NCBI GenBank assembly: GCA_963665235.2
Contig: CAXXLX010000001.1
Span: 4,128,001 to 4,192,000, forward strand
Reading direction: 5' to 3'
Origin: Candidatus Poribacteria bacterium
GTDB lineage: Bacteria > Poribacteria > WGA-4E > WGA-3G
Length of the DNA: 64,000 bases
A program made the translations under genes and the position numbers. A model generated the notes under the pieces. The model was given only the letters and a program-made list of their open reading frames with translations. It made no database searches and had not been told where the DNA came from. Shown piece after piece: positions 29,701-39,108 of this stretch. Within the stretch, counting starts at the first letter, position 1, and every line of letters begins with the position of its first letter.

Positions 29701-30405
29701 CTCATCGCCAAAAAAGTCAAGCCGGACAGGCATATCAGAGGTGAGCGGGTAGACATCTAGGATATCGCCTCGTAAGGCGAATTCTCCCTTCACTTCAACT
29801 AATTCAACCTGTCGGTATCCACCACGGATGAGAAAGGCTGTGAGTTCATCAAGTTCAATCTCATCGCCGATGCGAAGGGTTCGACACATTTTCGTTAAGG
29901 TCACGCGTAGCGGCAGTTTGTAGTATAAGGCCCGAACTGTGGTAAACACAATCTGCTGCTGATTAGGCGGTGAAGCGGTCCCTGCCTTCTCTTGATTTTT
30001 CAAGGTAAGCAGACTATGGAGGCAACACATGCGTGCAACAGTCGTGTTTTTCGCTGGCGAGATGCCATCGAAAAGGGTGTCTTGCCATGCTGGGAACAGC
30101 TGCAGTTCGGGCAGCAAGTCCCCCGGTTTGTTATTGTCCGGTTCAGCCCTCTCTCCCCCTGCCTGCGAGAGGGTTAGGGAGGAATTGTCACAGAATGCAT
30201 GGACCTCATCCAACGCCTGTTCGGCTTCACGTAGTGAAGGGTACACAATGAGAAAAGATTTATCCGGAAAATCAGATAGCAGCGTTGCCAAAAAATAATT
30301 TGTTGAGGCACCAGGTAACCCTCTAAGCCACGGCGGGTTCTCTGAATTCTCAAGGCATTTGAGGACTTTTTGATAATTTTCTGTTTTTCGTAAAATCTCT
30401 AACAC
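26791..30405 (-). CDS. mfd: Transcription-repair coupling factor
   Basis: RGDILD, GDYVVH, GDVGYGKT, DEEH, QLRGRVGR, TRCF domain. Confidence 0.97.
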   Translation of the reverse strand: MLEILRKTENYQKVLKCLENSENPPWLRGLPGASTNYFLATLLSDFPDKSFLIVYPSLREAEQALDEVHAFCDNSSLTLSQAGGERAEPDNNKPGDLLPELQLFPAWQDTLFDGISPAKNTTVARMCCLHSLLTLKNQEKAGTASPPNQQQIVFTTVRALYYKLPLRVTLTKMCRTLRIGDEIELDELTAFLIRGGYRQVELVEVKGEFALRGDILDVYPLTSDMPVRLDFFGDELDDIRLFEPTSQRSVEHDTSVVLTPMSEVCLAEASLTHWQSQTKRLMHGSENTPELINAVRDMTQSLENWLVKATAEAEEHPTEIDGIEAFLPLLFPETETLMDYLPDDTILVLVEPRWQAREAEQMHEQLQTIYSRRLTEGKLMPAPETLLVPANTLQTELGRYPNVRISLVSDVNNEPVPDNQQPPSVSELYFGMKPLGLGRGNYQMVIDHIKTWTTEAYLIKVYCETPQQAKRVLEMLMERDLSPESVSVSVGLISEGFLNESLRFAVISENELFGSQQRRGRPKRRYNNGAPILSLIDLKVGDYVVHVSNGIALYEGIRRMDIDGQAQDFLVLKYRDDDRLYVPTYQVELVQKYLGNKDEAYAPRLDQLGGTAWQRKKGRAKAAIEEMADDLLKLYATRQARKGYSFPVDIPWQTEFEALFPYQETDDQRQAIEDVKADMEAEVPMDRLICGDVGYGKTEVALRAAFKAVMAERQVAVLVPTTILALQHYDTFEKRFKPFPIHVEMLNRFRTRKEIQTVKSGLAEGTVDIVIGTHSLLSSTVNFDNLGLLVVDEEHRFGVKHKEKIKQFKETVDVLTLTATPIPRTLHMSLVGIRDFSVINTPPANRLPIQTYVMPYNPEVIRNAIITELARDGQVFFVHNRVQSIASIAEILRNLVPQARIAIAHGQMPERELEQVMLEFVRHKHDILVCTMIIESGLDIPNVNTIMINRADAFGLAQLYQLRGRVGRADEQAYGYLFYPENMPITEGAEKRLRVIEEFTDLGSGFKIALRDLEIRGAGNILGAEQHGHIATIGYELYCRLLEETVRGLKGEKVEEAIETRINLPIEAYLPDTYIPDSRQKISIYKKISALKTETDRRELENELKDRYGDMPEPVEMLLEISSIKQLSQQLGITSLVAGSKQLKATFDERKPKIDVTQFIETVHNNPKLQLRPPAQLMIDIEGLDGKNLLIALQQILTPFVATD

Positions 30406-30408
30406 GAA

Positions 30409-31257
30409 TTATTCCTTGCTATTTACGATTTCAATTTTTTCTAACGTTGCTGTCGTTTTTCCAATTTTGGTTTCCGCCTCAATTTTGATAGGGAGATGAC
30501 GCGCGTCATCGGTTAACCAGAGCTTACCCCCATCTGAGGTTCGGACCAAGAGTGTTTTGACTCTCATTTTGTTTTTACCTAAGGCTTTAGTTTCTAACAT
30601 CTCTCCTCGTTCAACCGTGAGTTCCATCTTGCGCAATTCACCTTTTATAATTAGCGGAAAGAGGTAGGTATTCCCGGGGGCTATCTGCTTAGTGCGCAAG
30701 AAGTATACCATAGATAGTTCGTCTTGCGTGCCAATTGGAATCTCTATGTCCTTTTTATCACGTTTTTCTGGCGATTTTGGATTGTTCTGCGACCGTTTCT
30801 CATATTCCGCCAGCCCTTCCCGAAAATTAATTTCAACGAAAGCTCTATACTTTTTATCTTGCACCTGATTTCTAAAACGGAGTGGATGGAATCCTACAAC
30901 GTTGAGAAAGGTAGACTGATGACTTCGAAAATGATACCATCTCGCCCACGCTCCGGTTTTTGCATCAGAACTGATGTGGTAAACTCGCTGCCCATTCCAC
31001 AACATCGTTTTCCGGATATAGTCCACCCGTTTGCCGGCTGAAATCCGTCTGACCTTGACATTGTAAGTCAACTTCTCACCCACTCGGAGGGGCTGTTCGG
31101 CAACGTTTTCAACATTAACAAGTGAAATCGCTTCCCCTTGCTGATTGCTGGATAATCCGTTTTTAGCGGCTAGGTCTGCCCGGATAACTTCGGAAATTAA
31201 CAGACTCATCCCTATTAACAGAATCAGCGTTAAGTACTTGGGATATTTCACATTCAT
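30409..31257 (-). CDS. DUF3108-like exported protein
   Basis: Signal peptide, GEKLTY, QDELSMVYFLR, WLTDDARHLPIKI. Confidence 0.75.
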   Translation of the reverse strand: MNVKYPKYLTLILLIGMSLLISEVIRADLAAKNGLSSNQQGEAISLVNVENVAEQPLRVGEKLTYNVKVRRISAGKRVDYIRKTMLWNGQRVYHISSDAKTGAWARWYHFRSHQSTFLNVVGFHPLRFRNQVQDKKYRAFVEINFREGLAEYEKRSQNNPKSPEKRDKKDIEIPIGTQDELSMVYFLRTKQIAPGNTYLFPLIIKGELRKMELTVERGEMLETKALGKNKMRVKTLLVRTSDGGKLWLTDDARHLPIKIEAETKIGKTTATLEKIEIVNSKE

Positions 31258-31301
31258 CCCTCCAGAAGATTACTCACTAATTTCAGGTTTCTGATTCGAT
31301 T

Positions 31302-31904
31302 TTAAAACCGGTGTGTAAACATCAGTGCATGTGTTCCGTTCAGAGTTTGTTGCATCTGGACAGAAATTCTTCGATGGTTATAGGCTTTAACCGTATGTGA
31401 GGCATCCAGAATATTCCAGACATGCAGTCCAATGCCCGTGATTAGAAAAAGCGCGCCCCGGAGACTACGATCCCTCATTCTCGCTTGAACCTGATTACTG
31501 TCTAAGAAGCTGTCTGTCCGTTCATCATAGAAGCCTGTTTGAAAAGCGTCGTGGTTTCTGTAGTGTAATGCACGTGCGATGTTGTATCCCGCCAGTGCAA
31601 AAACACCCAATTCAGCTGTGAGAAAAAGCGTGGCTTTCGTGTAATTGTCCGCATAAGCTTGCCCTAAACCGGGCATAGCTGCGGATAAAAGTGCCGCTTT
31701 TCGGGGACTCCGTTCCGGATAATATCGGGCTGCGTGTGCCCGAAAAAGTGGATACACCGTTGTTTCTGGCTCGGCGCGGGACATCTCCTGACGCGACACC
31801 GGTTTCTGCCCCTGCGGCGATGGCTCCTCAAGCGAGAATACCACGGTTGGTGTGTAAACTACGGTCAGTAGGACAATTAAGAAAAGCATGCGGTAATTTT
31901 TCAT
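31302..31904 (-). CDS. DUF5683-like membrane/exported protein
   Basis: SPRKAALLSAAMPGLGQAY, WNILDA; ATG 31904 preferred. Confidence 0.65.
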   Translation of the reverse strand: MKNYRMLFLIVLLTVVYTPTVVFSLEEPSPQGQKPVSRQEMSRAEPETTVYPLFRAHAARYYPERSPRKAALLSAAMPGLGQAYADNYTKATLFLTAELGVFALAGYNIARALHYRNHDAFQTGFYDERTDSFLDSNQVQARMRDRSLRGALFLITGIGLHVWNILDASHTVKAYNHRRISVQMQQTLNGTHALMFTHRF

Positions 31905-31989
31905 AAGCTCTCTTTTGAGTTGCACATTTTTAGGGCACCGCTCACTTGAATTTACAAGGTTATTTGACAGATAACGGGCCTCTGTTTTT

Positions 31990-32805
31990 TCAACGGGGCA
32001 GGGCTGGTGCCAATTGTACATTCTCCGATTCGGTCTGGTATGCCCAATCAAAAATGACAGCATCGTCAGAAACCTCATGCACATGAATCTTAGCGAAGTT
32101 GTCATCAGGCGTGTTGATAACGTAGATATGGCCCCGAATAAGCTCAATAAATCCATCTATATATCCATCTTCCGGTGCCAAATCGACCGCGGTGAATGTT
32201 TCGTGGTATCCCATATCTTGCATAAAGGTTTCGTTATCAGAATAGAGATAAAAAACGGTGATGTCATCATTCACAGTGCCAATACCGAAGTAAACATCAG
32301 TGGCAACACTGTCCCAAGGGATAGCCCCTTTATAGGGATGTGAGAAGTCAAATCCGCTTCGGCCTGGGTAGAGGTCGTATGCCTCTAATCTAACGTTTTG
32401 CCCTTCCGGTCGTGGCGTATCCCATACATTTTCAGGGCTGAGGCTGCTCTGATTACCATCGAAATCGTAAGCAGAAATAGCATAGTAATAAGTTTCGCCA
32501 TTCCGTACATCTTCATCTATATAGTGTGTGGCTCCTGCCGATAGTTCTGCTAAAAGTTCAAAATTTCTGGCATCTTCACTACGCCACACCGAGTACCCAG
32601 ATAAGTCGTACTCACTGTTTGGGTACCATTCAATCCGAACGTTCTCATCTCCTGTGATAGTTGTAAGCCCACGTGGCACAGCAGGCGGTTCAATATCGTC
32701 AGCACCGCTGGGGGCCCCAGTGTTATCAACATAACAACTCGTTAGCATTACGACTCCGATAACACACAGAAATTTCACCAAGCAGGCATTAATTTTTGAA
32801 AGCAT
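31990..32805 (-). CDS. Lipoprotein with fibronectin type III domain
   Basis: Lipobox LTSC, PPAVPRGL, W..DLSGYSVWR, YYYAISAYD..S. Confidence 0.8.
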   Translation of the reverse strand: MLSKINACLVKFLCVIGVVMLTSCYVDNTGAPSGADDIEPPAVPRGLTTITGDENVRIEWYPNSEYDLSGYSVWRSEDARNFELLAELSAGATHYIDEDVRNGETYYYAISAYDFDGNQSSLSPENVWDTPRPEGQNVRLEAYDLYPGRSGFDFSHPYKGAIPWDSVATDVYFGIGTVNDDITVFYLYSDNETFMQDMGYHETFTAVDLAPEDGYIDGFIELIRGHIYVINTPDDNFAKIHVHEVSDDAVIFDWAYQTESENVQLAPALPR

Positions 32806-32901
32806 TTCCTAATTCTTCCTTTACCATGATCAAATTTGCAACATTTAACGTTCGCCAGCCTTCAAACGTTGACATACGCATTTATTGACATACTCCCCCA
32901 G

Positions 32902-34104
32902 CTAAAGCAAGGGGGATTCTTTTGAAAGTGAATCCCATGCTCTCTGGTGCGGATTGTGGGGTATAGACTTCGGGTGAAGTCTGCGAGGGCTGCTCGCAAT
33001 AGCAAGGCTGACATCCTCTAATCCAAAGGTTGACACCCCAACCTTTAAAATATTTATGGCAGCGTTAACGTCCCGATGATGTTTCTGATGGCAAGTAGAA
33101 CAACACCATTGACGAACAGACAAGTCCAGCTGCTGTTTTCGCTGTCCACAGTGGCTACAAGTCTTAGAAGTCGGTTCAAAACGGTCAATATAGTGAACCT
33201 CTTTACCGTGTTTGACCGCTTGATGTTGCAACTTTTGATGAAACGAGTAGGGCGCAATATCAGAAACTTGACACCCCCACAACCGTTTCATTCCCTCAAA
33301 AGTCAACGTCTCAAAACAGAGGTGATCTTGTTCATGCACAAAACGCTTCGCGAGTTTCCAATGGTGGTCTTCACGTTGTCTCTTGATTTTACGGTGTTTG
33401 CGCGCCACATTTAAGCGGGAACGCTCACAGTTGTTGCTACCCTTTACTTTCTTAGCATGGGCACGTTGTGCCACAGACAAATCCGCCATAGAGGTTTTAT
33501 AGAACTCAGGAGACGCATAGGCTGTGCCATCGGAACAGGTGAACATCGTTTTGATACCGAAATCATACCCTGCAGCACTACCCGTCTTAGGTAGGATTTC
33601 AGATACCGTGTCATCTGTTACAACACACATATAGAAGTCACCAACGCTATCTGCTTTGATAGTGACTGTCTTAATATTACCTACTATCTCGCGGCTTAGA
33701 TTAAACCGATATTGTTTTTCCATTATACGGACCCTATCACCATAGAAACTATAGCCAGAGGGGGACATTGTGAATGAATACGGTTTGCGCCATGAACGAA
33801 ACTTAGGCGGACGCTTCGCAATACACTTAAAAAAACGCTGATACCCGGTGTCTAAACGCCGCAGTATATCACGCGCCGCCCAAGAGTCTAACTCACGCCA
33901 ATGCGAAAACACTTCAGGATGTGAGTTCCTAAGGACGGTAAAGGCACGCGACATCTCAGGAAGCGACATATACGCAAGACCAAGAGAATAGCGCGTCCGC
34001 TGCCAACCTAAAAAATAGTTCCAAACATCATGGGCCACCCACGTTAAACGCTTGAGATTACGATTACGCGGGGCACGAAAAAGTTTGTATTTTGTGGTAT
34101 ACAT
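32902..34104 (-). CDS. tnpB: RNA-guided endonuclease TnpB
   Basis: RuvC GYDFG, CFETL, HRDVNAA; zinc finger CSHC..CSTC. Confidence 0.93.
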   Translation of the reverse strand: MYTTKYKLFRAPRNRNLKRLTWVAHDVWNYFLGWQRTRYSLGLAYMSLPEMSRAFTVLRNSHPEVFSHWRELDSWAARDILRRLDTGYQRFFKCIAKRPPKFRSWRKPYSFTMSPSGYSFYGDRVRIMEKQYRFNLSREIVGNIKTVTIKADSVGDFYMCVVTDDTVSEILPKTGSAAGYDFGIKTMFTCSDGTAYASPEFYKTSMADLSVAQRAHAKKVKGSNNCERSRLNVARKHRKIKRQREDHHWKLAKRFVHEQDHLCFETLTFEGMKRLWGCQVSDIAPYSFHQKLQHQAVKHGKEVHYIDRFEPTSKTCSHCGQRKQQLDLSVRQWCCSTCHQKHHRDVNAAINILKVGVSTFGLEDVSLAIASSPRRLHPKSIPHNPHQRAWDSLSKESPLL

Positions 34105-34191
34105 CTAAGGGTATCCTGCCTTGAAAAGTTGCTACCTGCCTCTAAAAAGGGGCGGAGAAGTCTATAGATTCTCCGCTAAGGCATTAAATAG

Positions 34192-34220
34192 AGTATACCC
34201 CATTTTTCAGGAAAAGTCAA
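34192..34220 (-). promoter_or_regulatory. sigma70-type promoter for tnpB
   Basis: TTGACT-17-TATACT on the minus strand. Confidence 0.6.
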
Positions 34221-34400
34221 ATTAAAATTTCAACTCATGCGCCGCTACTACATCCCCCAGCTAAAGCATGGGGGTTTTGTAGCGGAAGATTTGATAATAT
34301 CACAAAAACCGCTCGGATGCAAGGAATTTTTGCTGTCAATAATATCTCGGTGAATACCCAATCCTCCTCAATTGTGATATAGAAGCTGGTTTTACCATGT

Positions 34401-34506
34401 TAGTTGCGAACCACCTCGTTTTTCTTCGAAAAAAGTTCCGATTTTATCATATTAGTTGCAAATTGCCCGGTTTTTCTTCGAAAAAAGTTCCGATTTTATC
34501 ATATTA
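34401..34506 (+). repeat. 52-bp tandem repeat (TAGTTGC..TTTTCTTCGAAAAAAGTTCCGATTTTATCATAT)
   Basis: Units at 34401 and 34453, third resumes at 34688 after the MITE; related units at 35362 and 35416. Confidence 0.8.
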
Positions 34507-34686
34507 TACCATTTTTATTAATTATTCTATCATTACCGGTTGTTAGAAATGAAACGGAGAACGGAAGACACAAACTGGAAGTTTATGCTACGATAAAACG
34601 CACAAACTGGAAGTTTATGCTACGATAAAACGCACAAACTGGAAGTTTATGCTACTACAAAGAGACATTTTCAATTAGAAATGGTA
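34507..34686. mobile_element. MITE family A copy 2 (TTA target duplication) with three 32-bp REP units
   Basis: TTA at 34504-34506 and 34687-34689; backbone near-identical to 2257-2524. Confidence 0.82.
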
Positions 34687-34879
34687 TTAGTTGCAAACCG
34701 CTTACGTAGTCATTGGTTTCCAATAGCTACTCGTCCTGCAATTTTATTTACTGTCCTCAATTTCTGACAGTCGGGTGCGTAAAGTTTTTGTACAACTGTC
34801 AGAATCGCGGAGGTCACAGAGAACGCAGAGAACACGGAAAAAGCGGTTTTTTGATAACATGTCTGCTTTTTGGTGCCAT

Positions 34880-35340
34880 CCGGGGGTAAATGTTACACTT
34901 TTCGACACAAAGTGTGACATCCGATTTTCAGTCCTGAACTCCTCTGAACGCACTCAACGTCTATGTTTTCAAGCGGTTTTGCCCTCTCTTTTTCAAAACA
35001 CATAAAAAACGAAGTGTGTCATTTCAACTGCCGATTTCACGTATCTGTCCTGACTACTTTTCTTACCGTTCTGCCTCCTACTTCTTGAGGCGGGGCCGGT
35101 GAAAATGTTACACTTTTTGACACAAAGTGTGACTTTCGGTTTTCGGTGTTGCAGTCGCACAAACGCATGCCACGCATAGCTTTGAAAGCGGTTTCGACAT
35201 ATATTTCTCGCAACACATAAAAAACGAAGTGTGTCATTTCAACTGCCGATTTCGGGTATCAGTTCTGCGGACTTTTTTAGCGTTCTGCCTCCTACTTTTG
35301 ATGCGGTTCCGGTGAAAATGTTACACTTTTTGACACAAAC
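34880..35340. repeat. ~214-bp tandem repeat, a little over two units, with internal hairpin
   Basis: TGTTACACTTT at 34891, 35106, 35319; shared CACATAAAAAACGAAGTGTGTCATTTCAACTGCCGATTTC block. Confidence 0.85.
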
Positions 35341-35575
35341 GCTATCGGTGTCTGGTCAGGTGAGTTGCAAACCGTGCCGCTTTCCTCCGAAAAATGTCTT
35401 GGTTTTCTGTTATATTAGTTGCGAACTGTCTAATTTTTCTTCAGAAAAAATATTATTGGCGCAGAGGTTTCCATAGGTTTCCAACAGCCAACATGCTATA
35501 AACATAATGCCCATACTGGGGTAATACTGAACAACCTGTACAAAAACTTTACACACCCCTTGCTACCGGAATATT

Positions 35576-35604
35576 TTGACAAAAACATGGCATTATGTTA
35601 TACT
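35576..35604 (+). promoter_or_regulatory. Near-consensus sigma70 promoter
   Basis: TTGACA-17-TATACT with extended -10 TG. Confidence 0.7.
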
Positions 35605-35640
35605 AAAAATATAGATGTATTTTGTAAGGAAAAAGGCGAG

Positions 35641-36189
35641 ATGTCTAAAAAAAATGTTATCGTGGTAACGCTGCTACAAATCGTTGCTGGCAGTGTAATT
35701 GGGGTCGCTGGTGGCTGGTTATGTCAACTTTTCTTTGAAAAATTTATTTTGGAAGTGCTTATCGGTTCACGAGCGACACACGGTTTTTGGGTTGGACTTT
35801 TTCTGTTAATATCAATAGGTATTACTTACGGTGGGGCGATAGTAGGTGCAAGCGAGGCAATCCGATTTGTAGGTAGAAAATTCGGAAGCACTATTGCGTT
35901 CAAACCGGTATGTTCAGGCGCATTTTTGGGACCGCCTGCAATTGTCGGTTTACTTGCCCTGCTTAATGTTCCTTGGGAAATTTTCGGTACCACCCCAAAC
36001 CTGCTTCTATCTATACTTCTGCCAGCGTTCAAGATTCTTGCATATCTGTTGTCATTCCCTATCCGGGTCTGGCTCCTGTTTGAATTCCCGGTAGAAATTT
36101 TGTATTGCCTCTCGATTCCGGTAGGTGCAATATTGGGGTATCGCCTCTCAACAACAGAACGTTTAGAAGTTAGCACACAGGAAACGTAA
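35641..36189 (+). CDS. Hypothetical multi-pass membrane protein
   Basis: Four to five hydrophobic segments; ATG 35641 downstream of the promoter. Confidence 0.7.
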   Translation: MSKKNVIVVTLLQIVAGSVIGVAGGWLCQLFFEKFILEVLIGSRATHGFWVGLFLLISIGITYGGAIVGASEAIRFVGRKFGSTIAFKPVCSGAFLGPPAIVGLLALLNVPWEIFGTTPNLLLSILLPAFKILAYLLSFPIRVWLLFEFPVEILYCLSIPVGAILGYRLSTTERLEVSTQET

Positions 36190-36316
36190 ACTGAGATGGC
36201 TATCGGTATCACAAAGACATTCAGTTCCCTAAGTCGTCAAGACATGCCCCTTCGATTAGGGTGGGGGCTTATGAATCGCGCGAATTTATTCGCGTGCTGG
36301 AGGTTTCACAAAACGT

Positions 36317-37726
36317 ATGCAATACGATGATAAACCGAGGGATGAGTGCGGCGTATTCGGGGTCTTTGGACATCCGAGAGCCGCGGAATTAACCTACTTG
36401 GGGTTACGTGCTCTTCAGCATCGCGGGCAAGAGAGCAGCGGCATTGTTGTCTCGGATGGTAAACAGTTTTCAGCACACCAGGGGATGGGTCTTGTTGATT
36501 CGGTGTTTGACGCGAAGGCTTTAGCAAGACTTACGGGGCATATTGCTATCGGCCACAACCGATATTCTACAGCAGGTGAAAGTACCCTTGGGAATGCCCA
36601 ACCTTTAGTGAGAAAGTACAAGCAGGGGCCCCTTGCCCTTGGTCACAACGGCAACTTGGTCAATGCGCCGCAGCTTCGGAACGAGCTGGAGGATGATGGG
36701 GCAATCTTTAGTACAAGTTTAGATACGGAGGTTGTTCTACATCTGATAGCGCGTTCGACCCAAAGCACGTTGGAGGATAGAATTTTTGACGCGCTCCGGC
36801 GGGTTGAAGGCGCGTATTCGTTCGTTATTTTGGACAAAACAACGCTGATGGGCGCGCGCGACGCGTACGGATTTCGCCCCTTGTGGCTCGGTAAACTCGG
36901 GGAAGCTTACGTGTTAGCGTCCGAGACATGCGCGCTCGATGTCATCGAAGCGGAGGCACTCCGCGAGGTGGAACCGGGCGAATTGGTAACGATGCGCTCA
37001 ATTCATCGCGGGGTCGAATCGTTCCGATTTCATCAACAAGAACCTGAATTGGCACAGTGCATTTTTGAGTATGTCTATCTCGCGCGTCCCGATGGTGCAA
37101 TGTTCGGACAGAGTGTGAACAGCACCCGCCGCGCATTCGGATGCCAACTTGCTCGGGAACACCCTGTCAAAGCAGATATCGTCATTCCGGTCCCCGATTC
37201 AGCGACAATTGCGGCGCGGGGTTATGCCGAAGAAGCTAAGATTCCGTTAGAGCAGGGTTTATACCGCAACGCTTTTGTAGGCCGCTCCTTCATGAATCCT
37301 GCCCAGGAAATCCGGGAACTCATGGTGAAGGTGAAGCTGAATCCAATTCGCGATGTCCTTAAGGGCAAACGGGTGATTATGGTAGATGATTCAATCATGC
37401 GTGGTACAAACAGCCGTAAACTTGTCAAAATCGTGCGGCAAGGCGGTGCAACTGCCGTGCATCTCCGTATCGCCTCCCCTCCGACTAAGTTCCCATGCTT
37501 TTACGGTGTTGATACGCCTACTCAAGCTGAGCTCATCGCGAGCCAACGGACGATTGAGGAAATCCGAAGATATATCCGCGCTGACAGCTTAGGATATCTC
37601 AGCATTGAGGGTATGCTGAAAGCTGTGCAAACACCGCAAGATTTTTGTACCGCATGCTTCGATGAAGCGTACCCCGTCACGCGAGCTGGAAAACCCCCAC
37701 GACAATTATCCTTAATCAAACATTAG
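36317..37726 (+). CDS. purF: Amidophosphoribosyltransferase
   Basis: ECGVFG, QHRGQES, GHNRYST, CIFEYVY, VDDSIMRGT, Fe-S cysteines. Confidence 0.97.
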   Translation: MQYDDKPRDECGVFGVFGHPRAAELTYLGLRALQHRGQESSGIVVSDGKQFSAHQGMGLVDSVFDAKALARLTGHIAIGHNRYSTAGESTLGNAQPLVRKYKQGPLALGHNGNLVNAPQLRNELEDDGAIFSTSLDTEVVLHLIARSTQSTLEDRIFDALRRVEGAYSFVILDKTTLMGARDAYGFRPLWLGKLGEAYVLASETCALDVIEAEALREVEPGELVTMRSIHRGVESFRFHQQEPELAQCIFEYVYLARPDGAMFGQSVNSTRRAFGCQLAREHPVKADIVIPVPDSATIAARGYAEEAKIPLEQGLYRNAFVGRSFMNPAQEIRELMVKVKLNPIRDVLKGKRVIMVDDSIMRGTNSRKLVKIVRQGGATAVHLRIASPPTKFPCFYGVDTPTQAELIASQRTIEEIRRYIRADSLGYLSIEGMLKAVQTPQDFCTACFDEAYPVTRAGKPPRQLSLIKH

Positions 37727-37751
37727 CGGGATGGTCAAGGAGGAATAGAAA

Positions 37752-38075
37752 ATGAAACATCGAACACAAAGACGCGAAATCAAAAAGAGCCTCGGAACAC
37801 CGCAAGGACGACGTACGTTGCTGGTCATCTTAATAGGCACTATATTCGCCATGGTTTTGAATTGGATTATCCCTATTATCATTCTAAAGATAGACCCCAA
37901 TACTCCACCAGCCGCGGCTGAGGAAATAGGTGTGTTTGCAGCATTTGGGCTCGCCTTCATCTATTTAATGGTAAGCCTACTGAAAGGACAGACTAACCAG
38001 CGGCGGCAGCCCCCAGAACAGGGTTCAGACACAGAAAATTCTGACTCTGAACACCCACCGCAACAAGGAGAATAG
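37752..38075 (+). CDS. Small two-helix membrane protein
   Basis: AGGAGG RBS, two hydrophobic helices, sits between purF and purM. Confidence 0.65.
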   Translation: MKHRTQRREIKKSLGTPQGRRTLLVILIGTIFAMVLNWIIPIIILKIDPNTPPAAAEEIGVFAAFGLAFIYLMVSLLKGQTNQRRQPPEQGSDTENSDSEHPPQQGE

Positions 38076-38076
38076 T

Positions 38077-39108
38077 GTGCAAGATAAAAAACCGTTGACA
38101 TACGCCGATGCTGGTGTCTCTTTTGAAGCGGAAGCTGCAGCCTTGAAACGGCTTAAAGCACTCGTCCAAACGACTTATCGTCCCGAAGTGATGAGTGACG
38201 TTGGCAGTTTCGGCGGGCTGTTTGCCCTCGGGACATACCAGCAACCGGTGCTTGTCTCCAGCACAGATAGCGTTGGGACAAAACTGAAGGTCGCTTTTAA
38301 AGCGGGAAAACACGATAGCGTTGGTTTTGATATCGTCGCTCACTGCGGCAACGACATTGTTGTACAGGGGGCTGAACCGCTTTTCTTTTTGGATTATATC
38401 GGCATCGGAAAGGTTGACCCGGCAGTTATTGAAGAGATTATAACCGGGCTTGCAGCGGGGTGTCGCGAGATTGGCTGTGCCCTAATCGGTGGGGAAACTG
38501 CGGAACTGCCCGGTTTTTACGCCCCAGGCGAATACGATTTGGTCGGCACCATCGTCGGCGTTGTTGAAAAGGATGCGCTCATTACCGGCAAGCAAATTGA
38601 GCCCGGGGACAAACTCATCGGTTTAGTGTCAACAGGGTTGCATACGAATGGGTTTTCGTTAGCAAGGCGAATTCTGTTCGACCGTTGTAAGTATAATGTA
38701 GACACACATCTTTTAGAGCTCGGGACAACCGTTGGCGAAGAACTGCTGAAACCGCACAAAAGCTACGTCAAATCTATTTTAAAACTCCGAGAAGTGTGTA
38801 ACGTTAAAGGAATTGCACATATCACAGGCGGCGGGTTGCCCGCGAACGTTGAACGTATCCTCCCGATGGGATGCCACGCTATAATTGAGAAGGACAGGTG
38901 GGAGGTTCCGCCTATCTTCGGCATTTTACAGCGGGAAGGTGATGTTGCTGAGGCAGAGATGTATCGGGTTTTCAATATGGGAGTCGGCCTTGTGTTGGCA
39001 CTTGCCCCGGATGCGGTATCAATTGCGTTGGAATTCCTTAAAACGTCTGAAGAATCGGCACACCTCATCGGGGAGGTAGTCGCAGGGGAGAAAGGGGTGA
39101 GGTTATGA
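38077..39108 (+). CDS. purM: Phosphoribosylformylglycinamidine cyclo-ligase
   Basis: TYADAGV, GGETAELPG, GLHTNGFS, HITGGG, FNMGVG. Confidence 0.97.
   Translation: MQDKKPLTYADAGVSFEAEAAALKRLKALVQTTYRPEVMSDVGSFGGLFALGTYQQPVLVSSTDSVGTKLKVAFKAGKHDSVGFDIVAHCGNDIVVQGAEPLFFLDYIGIGKVDPAVIEEIITGLAAGCREIGCALIGGETAELPGFYAPGEYDLVGTIVGVVEKDALITGKQIEPGDKLIGLVSTGLHTNGFSLARRILFDRCKYNVDTHLLELGTTVGEELLKPHKSYVKSILKLREVCNVKGIAHITGGGLPANVERILPMGCHAIIEKDRWEVPPIFGILQREGDVAEAEMYRVFNMGVGLVLALAPDAVSIALEFLKTSEESAHLIGEVVAGEKGVRL

Larger units (their letters stand above)
32885..34293 (-). mobile_element. IS200/IS605-superfamily TnpB-only (IS1341-like) element
   Basis: CCCCCAGCTAAAGCA(A/T)GGGGG hairpins at both ends; right end TCAA; TTAT immediately 5-prime of the left end. 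Confidence 0.85.

Noticed and set aside
34401-34700. Degenerate CRISPR starting GTTGCAA
   Set aside because: Variable part is only ~10 nt, far shorter than a spacer; no leader or cas genes
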